Of a stretch of DNA of 27,885 nucleotides, positions 17,704 to 27,089 are shown one piece after another. Source of the stretch: a virus; UHGV virus genome UHGV-1486778. The stretch is one strand, 5' to 3'. The notes under the pieces were generated by a model. The model was not told where the DNA came from and made no database searches. It saw nothing but the letters and a program-made list of their open reading frames with translations. A program made the translations under genes and the position numbers. Within the stretch, counting starts at the first letter, position 1. Every line of letters starts with the position of its first letter.

Positions 17704-19545
17704 ATGGCTGAATTTGAGCTTAAGGCGTTGATCACCGGTGTCGACAGGCTTTCTCCCGCGCTGTCGAAAATGCAAAAGAAAATCCGGGGATTTAAACGCC
17801 AGGCGGAAGAAGCGTCACAGGGTGGGCTGGCGCTTGGTGGCGGACTGGCTGCGGGTCTGACGCTTTCCCTGAAATCTTATGCCGATCAGGAAAACGCCGC
17901 CACCGGGCTGAAAGTCGCCATGATGGATGCGAACGGCGAGGTTGGAAAGAGCTTTCAGGACATCAATAAACTGGCTATTGGTCTGGGTAACCAGCTACCC
18001 GGTACAACGGCTGATTTCCAGAACATGATGCAGATGCTGGTGCGTCAGGGGATCCCGGCAGAAAACATTCTGGGTGGTGTGGGTAAAGCGACAGCTTATC
18101 TTGCGGTACAACTGAAAAAAACACCGGAAGCGGCTGCTGAGTTTGCTGCAAAGATGCAGGATGCTACCGGAACGGCGTCAGAAGACATGATGGGGCTGTT
18201 CGACACTATCCAGAAGGCGTTTTATCTGGGCGTTGACGATACCAACATGTTGTCCTTCTTCACTAAAACCAGTTCTGTTCTGAAGATGGTGAACAAGGAG
18301 GGTCTTCAGGCTGCACAGAGCCTTGCCCCCATCAGCGTCATGATGGATCAGATGGGGATGAACGGGGAGTCGGCAGGTAATGCCCTGCGAAAAGTTATCC
18401 AGTCCGGATTAAGCGTTAAGAAAATCAGGGACGTCAATAAAGTCATGGCCCGCCAGAAACTCGGGGTACAGCTCGATTTTACTGACGGCAAAGGAAGTTT
18501 TGGCGGTCTTGATAACATGTTCAGGCAACTGGCAAAGCTGCGAAAACTGACCGACGTTAAGCGAACAGGTGTACTTAAGGCAATATTTGGTGATGATGCC
18601 GAAACCCTTCAGGTGGTCAATGCACTAATCGATAAAGGAAAGGATGGCTACGATCAGATCCAGCAGAAGATGAATAAACAGGCCAGCCTGAATAAACGTG
18701 TTCAGGCCCAGCTTGGTACGCTGTCCAACCTGTGGGAGGCAATGACGGGGACCGCAACTAACGGCCTTGCGGCTATTGGCGGCGCATTTTCTGGTGACGC
18801 CAAAAATATCACGCAATGGCTGGGGGAGTTAGGGGAAAAATTCACGAAGTTTGCGGATGAAAATCCCCGGGTTATTCGCGGCGTCGTCGGGCTTGCTGCC
18901 GGTCTTGCGATTCTGAAACTGGGATTGATGGGCGTTGGCGGGGCCATCAGTATTGTCAGCAGGATCATGTCGATGACGCCGATTGGAATGATTGCGACGG
19001 CGATAGCCCTGGCTGCGGGATTAATTATCACTAACTGGGATGTTGTCGGACCTTATTTCAAGAAGCTCTGGGAAACCATTGGTCCTTATTTTGAGGCTGG
19101 CTGGGAACTTCTGAAGAAGGTTTTTGCCTGGTCGCCGCTGGGGATGGTAATCAATAACTGGGGACCGGTTGTTAAGTGGTTTCAGGATATGTGGGACAAG
19201 CTGAAGCCAATTATTGAGTGGTTTACCGACAGTTCCGGTGACACGGTCGATGCCATTAACTCTGCGCAGTGGGGCGCGGGTGCTTATGATGCTTATGGGA
19301 CGGGATTCCCGGCGCGGGGATACACACCTTATCCGGCCATGGATCCGGCTCAGGCAAACAACGCCTCCGATGCCACAGGCCCGAATCCCTTCATGATTAA
19401 CAAAGCTTCTGCGCCAAAAGTTGACGGTGAGATCAAGGTCTCTTTTGTGAATTCGCCTCCGGGTATGCGGGTTATGGAAACGCGATCCAGCGGTATCGAC
19501 GTGAATCACGACGTTGGCTACACCCGATTTGGTATGGGGGGCTGA
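17704..19545 (+). CDS. Tail tape measure protein
   Basis: 613 aa, Ala/Gly/Leu-rich with helical N-terminal two-thirds and a hydrophobic segment (IGMIATAIALAAGLII). Position after the chaperone. Confidence 0.85.
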   Translation: MAEFELKALITGVDRLSPALSKMQKKIRGFKRQAEEASQGGLALGGGLAAGLTLSLKSYADQENAATGLKVAMMDANGEVGKSFQDINKLAIGLGNQLPGTTADFQNMMQMLVRQGIPAENILGGVGKATAYLAVQLKKTPEAAAEFAAKMQDATGTASEDMMGLFDTIQKAFYLGVDDTNMLSFFTKTSSVLKMVNKEGLQAAQSLAPISVMMDQMGMNGESAGNALRKVIQSGLSVKKIRDVNKVMARQKLGVQLDFTDGKGSFGGLDNMFRQLAKLRKLTDVKRTGVLKAIFGDDAETLQVVNALIDKGKDGYDQIQQKMNKQASLNKRVQAQLGTLSNLWEAMTGTATNGLAAIGGAFSGDAKNITQWLGELGEKFTKFADENPRVIRGVVGLAAGLAILKLGLMGVGGAISIVSRIMSMTPIGMIATAIALAAGLIITNWDVVGPYFKKLWETIGPYFEAGWELLKKVFAWSPLGMVINNWGPVVKWFQDMWDKLKPIIEWFTDSSGDTVDAINSAQWGAGAYDAYGTGFPARGYTPYPAMDPAQANNASDATGPNPFMINKASAPKVDGEIKVSFVNSPPGMRVMETRSSGIDVNHDVGYTRFGMGG

Positions 19546-19626
19546 TACCCCGCTTAAACACGGGTTTTGTCGTTTAGCAGGTTCTTGGTAGGATTAGTCC
19601 GATACTTTAATGATGGGAATAGGGAT

Positions 19627-20304
19627 ATGAAAGTCTTAACAATTTATTCAGTTGTCGGCATGGCTCTTTTACTCGGGGGATGTACCTCTCCGAAGTACAA
19701 TTATTTACCAAAAACAGAAAATTATAGTGAACCTCCTGTAGGAAGCATTAATACAGCTTATGTCGGTGATTCAATGATTAAGCAGGGGGTGTCACAGAGG
19801 TTTGAAGGTCTGAAGGTTAATGCTCCTGCGAGAATTTCCTGGGCGTATACGATCACTCCGGGGATGCTGAAAAAGGTTGGTGAGGATAACAAGGCTGATT
19901 ATTACTTTCTCACAAACGGTGCTGATTCAGCCAATGTGGAAAAGGCAGCCCTTGCCGATATGTGGCAGGGCATCATGGTAGAAAAGAAAAAGAATGCCTT
20001 ATGTGTAATAACAGTTTTCGGTGTTACCAACTGTGAAACTAACATGCCTATCGAAAAGGTTACTCTGAATATCAGTGGTGATTCATCTTTCCAGCAAGCT
20101 CTGCTTTACAACGGAAGGGTCGGAAACAAAATCAACATTGGATATCGTGAATTTTCATCGAATACAGCACGCCCGGCCTTCAACAACGATGTTGAGTATG
20201 ATCTCGCGGAGTCTAAAACAATTGGCTATAAAGGGGCTAAATTCGAAGTACTTGATGCGAGTAACCAAAGCATAAGGTATCGGGTAATAAGTAACTTTAG
20301 ATAA
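19627..20304 (+). CDS. Putative outer-membrane lipoprotein (225 aa), cargo gene inside the tail operon
   Basis: Signal peptide MKVLTIYSVVGMALLLGGC with lipobox Cys followed by T at +2. Lower GC than the flanking tail genes. Has its own terminator 15 nt downstream. The ORF track's TTG start at 19567 is unlikely. Confidence 0.6.
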   Translation: MKVLTIYSVVGMALLLGGCTSPKYNYLPKTENYSEPPVGSINTAYVGDSMIKQGVSQRFEGLKVNAPARISWAYTITPGMLKKVGEDNKADYYFLTNGADSANVEKAALADMWQGIMVEKKKNALCVITVFGVTNCETNMPIEKVTLNISGDSSFQQALLYNGRVGNKINIGYREFSSNTARPAFNNDVEYDLAESKTIGYKGAKFEVLDASNQSIRYRVISNFR

Positions 20305-20318
20305 GCGATAATTTAATG

Positions 20319-20342
20319 AAACCCGCTTCGGCGGGTTTTTTT
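20319..20342 (+). terminator. Rho-independent terminator after the lipoprotein gene
   Basis: Perfect 8-bp stem aaacccgc / gcgggttt around loop ttcg, followed by a T-run of at least 7. Confidence 0.8.
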
Positions 20343-20357
20343 ATATCCGGAGTTTAT

Positions 20358-21686
20358 ATGACGTGGAAAGACAGACTTCAGGGCGCGTCATTTCGCGGCG
20401 TGCCGTTTAAGGTTGAAGAAGAAAGTGCGGGAACCGGTCGTCGTGTGGAAACGCACGAATACCCGAACCGCGACAAACCCTATACCGAAGACCTGGGGAA
20501 AATCACTTTCCGCCCGTCCATCACGGCTTATGTGGTGGGAGATGACTGCTTTGACCAGCGCGATCGCCTGATTGACGCGCTGAATAAACCCGGTCCCGGC
20601 ACGCTTGTCCATCCGACTTACGGTGAGCTGAAAGTCTGTGTTGACGGAGAGGTTCGGGTCAGCACATCGAAGAGTGAAGGGCGTATTGTCCGCTTTGACC
20701 TGAAGTTTGTCGAAGCAGGAGAACTCTCTTACCCCACATCAGGTGCGGCGACGGCGCAGACGCTGATGTCATCCTGTTCTGCACTGGATGACTGCATCAG
20801 TGACAGCTTCAGCGGTTTCAGTATCGATGGTGTGGCGGATTTCGTGCAGAACGACGTTATCGGTAATGCCAGCATAATGCTGGGGTATGTTTCTGATGCG
20901 ATGAAAGTGGTGGATTCTGCCGTATCGGATGCCGCCAGGCTGTTGCAGGGGGATATCTCGGTACTTCTGCCGCCGCCATCGTCAGGCAAAAATTTCGTTG
21001 AGCAGGTGCAGAAAATGTGGCGTACCGGGAAACGCCTTTATGGTAACGCCAGCGACCTGGTCACCATGATCAAAACGCTTTCCGGTGTCAGCCTCGGCAG
21101 CGATCTGCAACCGCGCGGCGTCTGGAAAACGGACAGTAAAACCACCGCCACGGCGACGCAGCAGCGTAACGTGGTTGCCAGCACTCTTCGTACGACCGCA
21201 ATCAGCGAAGCGGCGTATGCCGTTACCCGATTGCCTGCGCCAACAACTTTCGCGGTGATGCAGAATTCCGCAGTGGGGCAGACAACAACACCCGCGCAGA
21301 GCAGTGGCTGGCCTTCCGTCACGCATTCGGCACTGAACAATGCACCGGCGGTGAAAAACACGGTTGACCTGCCGACGTGGGAAGAACTGACTGACATTCG
21401 CGACATACTGAATACGGCAATTGATAAGGAGTTGTCCCGTACAACCAGCGATGCGCTGTTTCTGGCGCTGCGCCGGGTGAAAGCAGATCTGAATGCGGAT
21501 ATCAACACGCGCCTTGAACAGTCTGCACGGATCATTCAGCGCACACCGGATGAGGTTTTACCCGCGCTGGTGCTGGCGGCGACCTGGTTTGATAACGCGG
21601 CGCGTGACGCGGACATTATCCGGCGTAATGCCATTACGCATCCCGGCTTTGTGCCGGTGATCCCTCTGAAGGTGCCAGTGCAATGA
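20358..21686 (+). CDS. DNA circulation protein (Mu gpN/gp43-like)
   Basis: Position after the tape measure gene, and size. Start set at ATG 20358 (SD GGAG at 20349-20352), because the ORF-track start at 20316 lies inside the terminator hairpin. Confidence 0.65.
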   Translation: MTWKDRLQGASFRGVPFKVEEESAGTGRRVETHEYPNRDKPYTEDLGKITFRPSITAYVVGDDCFDQRDRLIDALNKPGPGTLVHPTYGELKVCVDGEVRVSTSKSEGRIVRFDLKFVEAGELSYPTSGAATAQTLMSSCSALDDCISDSFSGFSIDGVADFVQNDVIGNASIMLGYVSDAMKVVDSAVSDAARLLQGDISVLLPPPSSGKNFVEQVQKMWRTGKRLYGNASDLVTMIKTLSGVSLGSDLQPRGVWKTDSKTTATATQQRNVVASTLRTTAISEAAYAVTRLPAPTTFAVMQNSAVGQTTTPAQSSGWPSVTHSALNNAPAVKNTVDLPTWEELTDIRDILNTAIDKELSRTTSDALFLALRRVKADLNADINTRLEQSARIIQRTPDEVLPALVLAATWFDNAARDADIIRRNAITHPGFVPVIPLKVPVQ

Positions 21687-22762
21687 ACGACAATGTCACG
21701 CTACGGGTAAATGGCCGGGAGTGGAATGGCTGGACATCGGTGCGCATCGGTGCCGGTATTGAACGGCTGGCGCGGGATTTCAGTGTGGAGATCACCCGCC
21801 AGTGGCCGGGAGATGAGGGTATCACCACGCTTCAGCCGCGCATTAAAAATGGTTCAAAAGTGGAAGTGCTGATTGGTGATGAGCTGGTGATCACCGGCTG
21901 GGTGGAGGCGACCCCCGTTCGTTACGATGCCCGTTCGGTCAGCACCGGTATTGCCGGACGTAGTCTGACTGCTGACCTGATTGACTGTGCAGCCGAACCG
22001 ACACAGTTTAACGGACGATCGCTGGTACAGATTGCGCAGGCGCTTGCTGCGCCTTTCGGCATTGAGGTGGTGAACAGCGATGCGCCGTCGGGTGTTATTC
22101 CGGATGTCCAGCCTGATCACGGTGAAACGGTGATTGAGGTGATCAACAAAATACTCGGTCAGCAGCAGGCGCTGGCTTATGACGACCCGCACGGCAGGCT
22201 GGTGATTGGTGGTATTGGCTCAACGCGGGCACATACCGCGCTGGTACTTGGGGAAAACATCCTTTCCTGTGATACGGAGAAGAGTATCCGGGAGCGGTTT
22301 TCTGTTTACCAGGTGGCGGGGCAGCGTGCCGGAAACGACGATGATTTCGGTGAGGCCACCACCACCGCGCTGCGGGCCCGCACAGAGGACGCATTTATTG
22401 CCCGTTACCGTCCGATGTATATCAGGCAGACAGGGCAGGCTACGGGGGCAGGCTGTATTGCCCGTGCGGACTTTGAAGCCCGACAACGGGCGGCGCGGAC
22501 GGATGAAACCACCTATGTGGTGCAGGGTTGGCGACAGGGTAACGGTACGCTGTGGCAGCCCAACCAGCGGGTGATTGTCTTTGATCCGGTCTGTGGTTTC
22601 GACAATACCGAACTGCTTGTTTCGGAAGTCACGTTTACTCAGGACCAGAACGGCACCCTGACGGAAATCCGTGTCGGCCCACCTGATGCTTATCTGCCTG
22701 AACCCGAAGCCCCCAGCGCGCGGAAAAAGAAAAAAGCCAGAGTACAGGAGGACCCGTTCTGA
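21683..22762 (+). CDS. Baseplate hub / tail protein (Mu gpP/gp44-like, late control D family)
   Basis: 359 aa. Position in the Mu-like order N-P-Q-V-W-R. ATGA overlaps. Confidence 0.65.
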   Translation: MNDNVTLRVNGREWNGWTSVRIGAGIERLARDFSVEITRQWPGDEGITTLQPRIKNGSKVEVLIGDELVITGWVEATPVRYDARSVSTGIAGRSLTADLIDCAAEPTQFNGRSLVQIAQALAAPFGIEVVNSDAPSGVIPDVQPDHGETVIEVINKILGQQQALAYDDPHGRLVIGGIGSTRAHTALVLGENILSCDTEKSIRERFSVYQVAGQRAGNDDDFGEATTTALRARTEDAFIARYRPMYIRQTGQATGAGCIARADFEARQRAARTDETTYVVQGWRQGNGTLWQPNQRVIVFDPVCGFDNTELLVSEVTFTQDQNGTLTEIRVGPPDAYLPEPEAPSARKKKKARVQEDPF

Positions 22763-23310
22763 TGAGGACGATTGAAGCCATGCAGCGACAACTCCTCGGC
22801 CTGATTGGGCGGGCCGTGGTGAAAAGCATCAGTGCCGCCACGAAATGTCAGACCGTGGATGTGTCCCTGATTGCCGGTGAACCCAAAGCAGGGGTTGAAC
22901 ATCTTGAACCCTACGGTTTTACCTCAAGGGCAAACAGCGGTGCGGAAGCGGTGGTGTTGTTTCCGGATGGCGACCGTTCTCATGCGGTGGTTGTTACGGT
23001 GTCGGACCGGCGCTACCGCCTGAAAGGGCTGCAGACGGGTGAGGTGGCTGTCTATGACGATCAGGGGCAGTCCGTGACGCTGACCCGGGAGGGGATCGTG
23101 GTGGACGGTGCAGGTAAAACGATCACGTTTCGCAATTCACCTAAAGCACGTTTTGAAATGGACCTGGAAGTGACAGGACAGGTGAAAGACCTGTGCGACT
23201 CCGGCGGCACCACCATGTCAGCGATGCGGCTTGCCTATAACGGGCATCGTCACAGAGAGAACGGTCAGGGCAGTAACACCGACAAACCTGATAAAGCGAT
23301 GGAGGCATGA
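22762..23310 (+). CDS. Baseplate assembly protein V / spike (Mu gp45-like)
   Basis: 182 aa. Position and typical size. Confidence 0.65.
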   Translation: MRTIEAMQRQLLGLIGRAVVKSISAATKCQTVDVSLIAGEPKAGVEHLEPYGFTSRANSGAEAVVLFPDGDRSHAVVVTVSDRRYRLKGLQTGEVAVYDDQGQSVTLTREGIVVDGAGKTITFRNSPKARFEMDLEVTGQVKDLCDSGGTTMSAMRLAYNGHRHRENGQGSNTDKPDKAMEA

Positions 23311-23735
23311 TGGAACTGTGGCTGACGGTGAACGGTAAACGCACCTGCGCCAGCGCACCGCTGGATCCGCTGACCCGCGCCGTGGTGATTTCCCTGTTTA
23401 CCTGGCGGCGGGCGGAGCCTGATGACAACGCCGACGTCCCGATGGGATGGTGGGGGGATACCTGGCCTGCGGTACAGAATGACCGTTACGGCTCCCGGCT
23501 GTGGCTGCTTCAGCGCAGCAAACTGACCAATCAGCTGGTGCAGACGGTAAAGGGGTATATCCGCGAATGCCTGCAATGGATGATTGATGACGGCGTGGTG
23601 TCCCGTATTGATCTGGATATCCGCCGCACCGGGATTAATGAACTGGGTAACAGTATCACTCTCTGGCGTCGTGACGGACCGGTAATGATTTCTTTTGATG
23701 ATCTGTGGAGTGCGATAACGCATGGCGGACAGTGA
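23307..23735 (+). CDS. Mu gp46-like baseplate protein
   Basis: 142 aa. Position between the V-like and J-like genes. Confidence 0.6.
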   Translation: MMELWLTVNGKRTCASAPLDPLTRAVVISLFTWRRAEPDDNADVPMGWWGDTWPAVQNDRYGSRLWLLQRSKLTNQLVQTVKGYIRECLQWMIDDGVVSRIDLDIRRTGINELGNSITLWRRDGPVMISFDDLWSAITHGGQ

Positions 23736-24780
23736 ATTTCAGCGCCCGACGCTGGCAGAAAATATCAGTATGCTCCGTAACGATTTATTCGCCAGGCTGG
23801 ACGTCAGCGACACGCTCCGGCGCATGGATGAAGACGTGCGGGCAAAGGTGTATGCGGCGGCGCTGCATACGGTTTACGGGTACATCGATTATCTGGCAAT
23901 GAATATGCTGCCTGACCTGTGCGATGAGTCCTGGCTGGCGCGACATGCTGCGATGAAACGGTGTCCGCGCAAGGGGGCCACGGCTGCCAGCGGGTATATG
24001 CGCTGGGAAGGTGTCAGCGATGGCCTGAAGGTGACTGCCGGGAGCGTGATTCAGCGCGATGACCTGGTTCAGTACACGGCAACTGCCGATGCAACCAGCT
24101 CCGGTGGTGTCCTGCGCGTGCCGATCGCCTGCTCAAGTGCAGGCGCGGTCGGTAACGCTGACGACGGTACGTCATTAATCCTGGTCACGCCGGTGAATGG
24201 TCTGCCGTCTTCCGGCGTGGCAGATACCCTGACAGGTGGATTTGATACTGAAGAGCTGGAAACGTGGCGCGCCCGCGTCATTGAGCGGTATTACTGGACG
24301 CCTCAGGGCGGGGCTGACGGGGACTATGTCGTCTGGGCTAAAGAAGTGCCCGGCATTACCCGCGCATGGACATACCGTCACTGGATGGGAACGGGAACTG
24401 TCGGTGTGATGATTGCCAGCAGTGACCTGATTAATCCCATTCCGGAAGAATCAACGGAAACGGCGGAAAGACAAAATAGGGAGCCACTGGCCCCGGTGGC
24501 AGGCTCTGATTTGTATGTGTTCAGGCCGGTGGCACATACGGTGGATTTTCATATCCGCGTGACGCCGGACACACCGGAAATACGGGCTGCCATCACCGCG
24601 GAGTTGCGTTCGTTCCTGCTGCGTGATGGTTATCCGCAGGGAGAACTGAAGGTATCGCGTATCAGTGAGGCGATTTCCGGTGCGAACGGGGAATACAGCC
24701 ATCAGTTGCTTGCACCGGCAGACAATATCTCCATTGCAAAAAATGAACTGGCGGTTCTGGGGACGATTTCATGGACGTGA
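23722..24780 (+). CDS. Baseplate J-like protein (Mu gp47-like)
   Basis: 352 aa. Position and size typical of baseplate J homologues. Confidence 0.7.
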   Translation: MADSEFQRPTLAENISMLRNDLFARLDVSDTLRRMDEDVRAKVYAAALHTVYGYIDYLAMNMLPDLCDESWLARHAAMKRCPRKGATAASGYMRWEGVSDGLKVTAGSVIQRDDLVQYTATADATSSGGVLRVPIACSSAGAVGNADDGTSLILVTPVNGLPSSGVADTLTGGFDTEELETWRARVIERYYWTPQGGADGDYVVWAKEVPGITRAWTYRHWMGTGTVGVMIASSDLINPIPEESTETAERQNREPLAPVAGSDLYVFRPVAHTVDFHIRVTPDTPEIRAAITAELRSFLLRDGYPQGELKVSRISEAISGANGEYSHQLLAPADNISIAKNELAVLGTISWT

Positions 24781-25355
24781 CAAACGATGATTACATCCGT
24801 CTGTTGTCGGCACTGTTGCCCCCCGGTCCGGCGTGGTCAGCCAGCGATCCGGCGATTGCCGGTGCGGCACCGTCATTAACCCGTGTTCATCAGCGTGCGG
24901 ATGCCCTGATGCGGGAGCTGGATCCGCGCACCACCACTGAACTGATAAACCGCTGGGAGCGTCTGTGCGGTCTGCCGGATGAATGTATTCCCGCAGGGAC
25001 ACAGACCCTTCGTCAGCGTCAGCAACGGCTGGATGCGAAGGTTAACCTGGCGGGCAGCATCAACGAGAATTTTTATCTTGCACAGCTTGCTGCCCTGGGC
25101 AGACCAGATGCCAACATCACGCGATACGACAAAAGCACGTTCACCTGCTCATCGGCCTGTACTGACGCGGTGAATGCGCCGGAATGGCGGTATTACTGGC
25201 AGGTCAACATGCCAGCTGCCACCAACACCACCTGGATGACATGTGGCGATCCCTGTGATTCCGCACTGCGTATCTGGGGCGACACCGTTGTCGAGTGTGT
25301 GCTTAACAAACTCTGCCCGTCGCATACCTACGTAATTTTTAAATATCCGGAGTAA
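24771..25355 (+). CDS. Mu gp48-like / YmfQ-like (DUF2313) tail protein
   Basis: 194 aa, immediately upstream of the tail fibre gene, as in e14 and Mu. Confidence 0.65.
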   Translation: MDVTNDDYIRLLSALLPPGPAWSASDPAIAGAAPSLTRVHQRADALMRELDPRTTTELINRWERLCGLPDECIPAGTQTLRQRQQRLDAKVNLAGSINENFYLAQLAALGRPDANITRYDKSTFTCSSACTDAVNAPEWRYYWQVNMPAATNTTWMTCGDPCDSALRIWGDTVVECVLNKLCPSHTYVIFKYPE

Positions 25356-25358
25356 TCC

Positions 25359-26291
25359 ATGCATCGTATAGACACGAAAACCGCGCAGAAGGATAAGTTC
25401 GGCGCGGGTAAGAACGGTTTTACCCGTGGTAACCCCCAGACCTGCACGCCTGCCACCGATCTGGATGATGACTACTTTGACATGTTGCAGGAGGAGCTTT
25501 GCAGCGTTGTGGAGGCGTCCGGTGCCAGCTTGGATAAGGGGCGGCACGACCAGCTACTTACCGCGCTTCGCGCGCTGCTGTTAAGCCGCAAGAATCCGTT
25601 TGGCGATATCAAATCGGATGGCACGGTGAAAACGGCTCTCGAAAACCTTGGTTTGGGAGATGGCTCGGGGCGTTACAGCAAAACTGTCGTTTTTTCATCG
25701 TCGGGTTCATATACGTGGCCAGCTGACGTAAAACGAATTGACGTTATTCTGACTGCGGCGGGCGGCGGTGGCGGTGGATGTAACGCGGAGAACGCAAATC
25801 AGACATTTTCAGGGGCTGGCGGAGGAGCCGGAGGTACTGTTTTTGCCACTATTTATGCGACAGACAACGATGCCGGGCCAGGGACCTATACAGTGACAAT
25901 TGGTAGCGGTGGTAGTGGTGCCAATGGGCCAGGGTCTGGAAATAATGGCGGTAATAGTTCGTTCATGACATTAACTGCGCTCGGCGGCCAGGGTGGGCAA
26001 TGGGGCGGCGCTACAAATACCGCTGGCGGGCGCGGTGGCTCAGGCTCTGGCGGTTATAAAACAGAACAAGGCGGAGACGGTTCAGACGGACAGGCGGGCC
26101 AGGCGCTATTAGTAGGCAATGGGGCATCGAGCTATTGGGGTGGCGGCGGCCGCGCTGGGCAACTGAGCGGTAATCCTGGAGTTTGCTCTGGCTCCGGCGG
26201 CGGGGGTGCATACGATAATAGCTATTCACACACGTCAGGACGTGGCGGGCACGGAGCTAATGGCGTGCTGGTAATTCGGGAGTACATGTAA
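25359..26291 (+). CDS. Tail fibre protein: conserved N-terminal domain plus glycine-rich C-terminal domain
   Basis: N-terminus [26 protein letters not shown] is typical of Mu/e14/P2-type side tail fibres. The C-terminal roughly 200 aa are dominated by GG/GS runs. Followed by a tail fibre assembly gene. Confidence 0.7.
   Translation: MHRIDTKTAQKDKFGAGKNGFTRGNPQTCTPATDLDDDYFDMLQEELCSVVEASGASLDKGRHDQLLTALRALLLSRKNPFGDIKSDGTVKTALENLGLGDGSGRYSKTVVFSSSGSYTWPADVKRIDVILTAAGGGGGGCNAENANQTFSGAGGGAGGTVFATIYATDNDAGPGTYTVTIGSGGSGANGPGSGNNGGNSSFMTLTALGGQGGQWGGATNTAGGRGGSGSGGYKTEQGGDGSDGQAGQALLVGNGASSYWGGGGRAGQLSGNPGVCSGSGGGGAYDNSYSHTSGRGGHGANGVLVIREYM
25636..25661. other. Candidate Hin/Gin/Pin-type crossover-site-like imperfect palindrome inside the tail fibre gene
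   Basis: ctctcGAAAACC tt GGTTTgggagat: a 12-bp perfect palindrome with a 2-bp core tt and partly symmetric flanks. Resembles hix/gix sites (AAACC-NN-GGTTT core) and lies at the junction of the conserved N-domain and the variable C-domain. Confidence 0.35.
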
Positions 26292-26696
26292 ATGAATGAT
26301 ATCTATGCAGTTGTTGATAATAACGTTGTTATTAATGTCATTATCTGGGACGGAATTTCTGAATGGAAACCAGAGGCTGGTAATTTAGTTCCGTTAAACG
26401 GCGATGCTGGCATCGGTTGGTCATATTCAGACGGAGTATTTACCGCGCCACCTCCCCCAGAACGCTCTCACAACGCGTTAGTTGCGGAGGCTGAGCTGCA
26501 GAAATCAGCACTACTGACCGTAGCAAATAACACAATAGCACCGCTGCAGGATGCCGTTGATTTGGAAATGGCGACAGACGATGAACAGGCGTTACTGCTG
26601 GCGTGGAAAAAATACAGGGTACTGCTGAACCGTGTTGATACCTCAGCGGCACCCGAAATAGAGTGGCCTACGCAACCGGGGGAGCGGGCCAGTTGA
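26292..26696 (+). CDS. Tail fibre assembly protein (Tfa family)
   Basis: 134 aa with the C-terminal Tfa signature [19 protein letters not shown]. Immediately follows the fibre gene. Confidence 0.75.
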   Translation: MNDIYAVVDNNVVINVIIWDGISEWKPEAGNLVPLNGDAGIGWSYSDGVFTAPPPPERSHNALVAEAELQKSALLTVANNTIAPLQDAVDLEMATDDEQALLLAWKKYRVLLNRVDTSAAPEIEWPTQPGERAS

Positions 26697-26817
26697 TATC
26701 AGGCGCAGCGTCAGCATCAACTGCTGTCACTGCGTCGATGTAGTCGAGTACCGCATTCAGCCGCGTTTTTTCATCATCAGTCAGTTTGCGGCCTGCATTT
26801 CTCCGTTGACATCTTTG
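26668..26817 (-). pseudogene. Relic 3' end of a second, inverted tail fibre assembly gene (tfa')
   Basis: The minus-strand frame encodes ...[38 protein letters not shown]-stop, with no start codon (49 codons, bounded by a stop). It shares the Tfa C-terminal AAP(D/E)I(N/E)WP signature and overlaps the 3' end of the + strand tfa by 29 nt. Confidence 0.55.
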
Positions 26818-27039
26818 TTATATGGTACAACTGCGCAGAGGCCTGTCTCTTCAATTGTGCCAGTTGAATACTACGATACAACGCTCGGCCTTCCTGTTTG
26901 GTGGAACATAACCACATCTACGAGGAAAAGAGCTTACGGTACTAATACTTAGACTTTAAATTTATTTTCGTTTATTAATCATTGAAGTAAAACAAATTAT
27001 TAGGCGAAAATGTAGCGAATTTATGTACTTATACATGTT

Positions 27040-27082
27040 ACCCTGAAGGAAAATTCTTTTAATAAACCTTCTCCTTCAGGGT
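27040..27082. terminator. Hairpin between the convergent tail-fibre and gtr-like transcription units (candidate bidirectional terminator)
   Basis: Inverted repeat accctgaagga (27040-27050) / tccttcagggt (27072-27082) in an AT-rich context, lying 7 nt downstream of the minus-strand gene stop at 27090-27092. Confidence 0.5.
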
Positions 27083-27089
27083 AAAATAA

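Noticed and set aside
19021-19509. Minus-strand 162-aa ORF antisense to the tape measure gene
   Set aside because: Antisense artefact inside a well-supported tape measure CDS.
19567-19626. ORF-track TTG start extending the lipoprotein by 20 residues
   Set aside because: The extension has no SD and would bury the signal peptide. ATG 19627 gives a canonical lipoprotein signal.
20316-20357. ORF-track start of the gpN-like gene at ATG 20316
   Set aside because: These codons are the terminator hairpin (aaacccgc-ttcg-gcgggttt plus T-run). The ATG at 20358 with a GGAG SD is the more plausible start.
21038-21535. Minus-strand 165-aa and 114-aa ORFs antisense to the gpN-like gene
   Set aside because: Antisense artefacts in GC-rich coding sequence.
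25740-26260. Gly-rich repeats in the fibre gene as a CRISPR-like or tandem DNA repeat array
   Set aside because: The repetition is at the amino-acid level (GGx codons) in one continuous reading frame, with no regular repeat-spacer periodicity.
26891-26911. ttcctgtttggtggaacataa as the partner crossover site for the gix-like palindrome
   Set aside because: It shares only the TTCCTGT arm with gixL and lacks the AAACC-NN-GGTTT core, so it is not a convincing second site.
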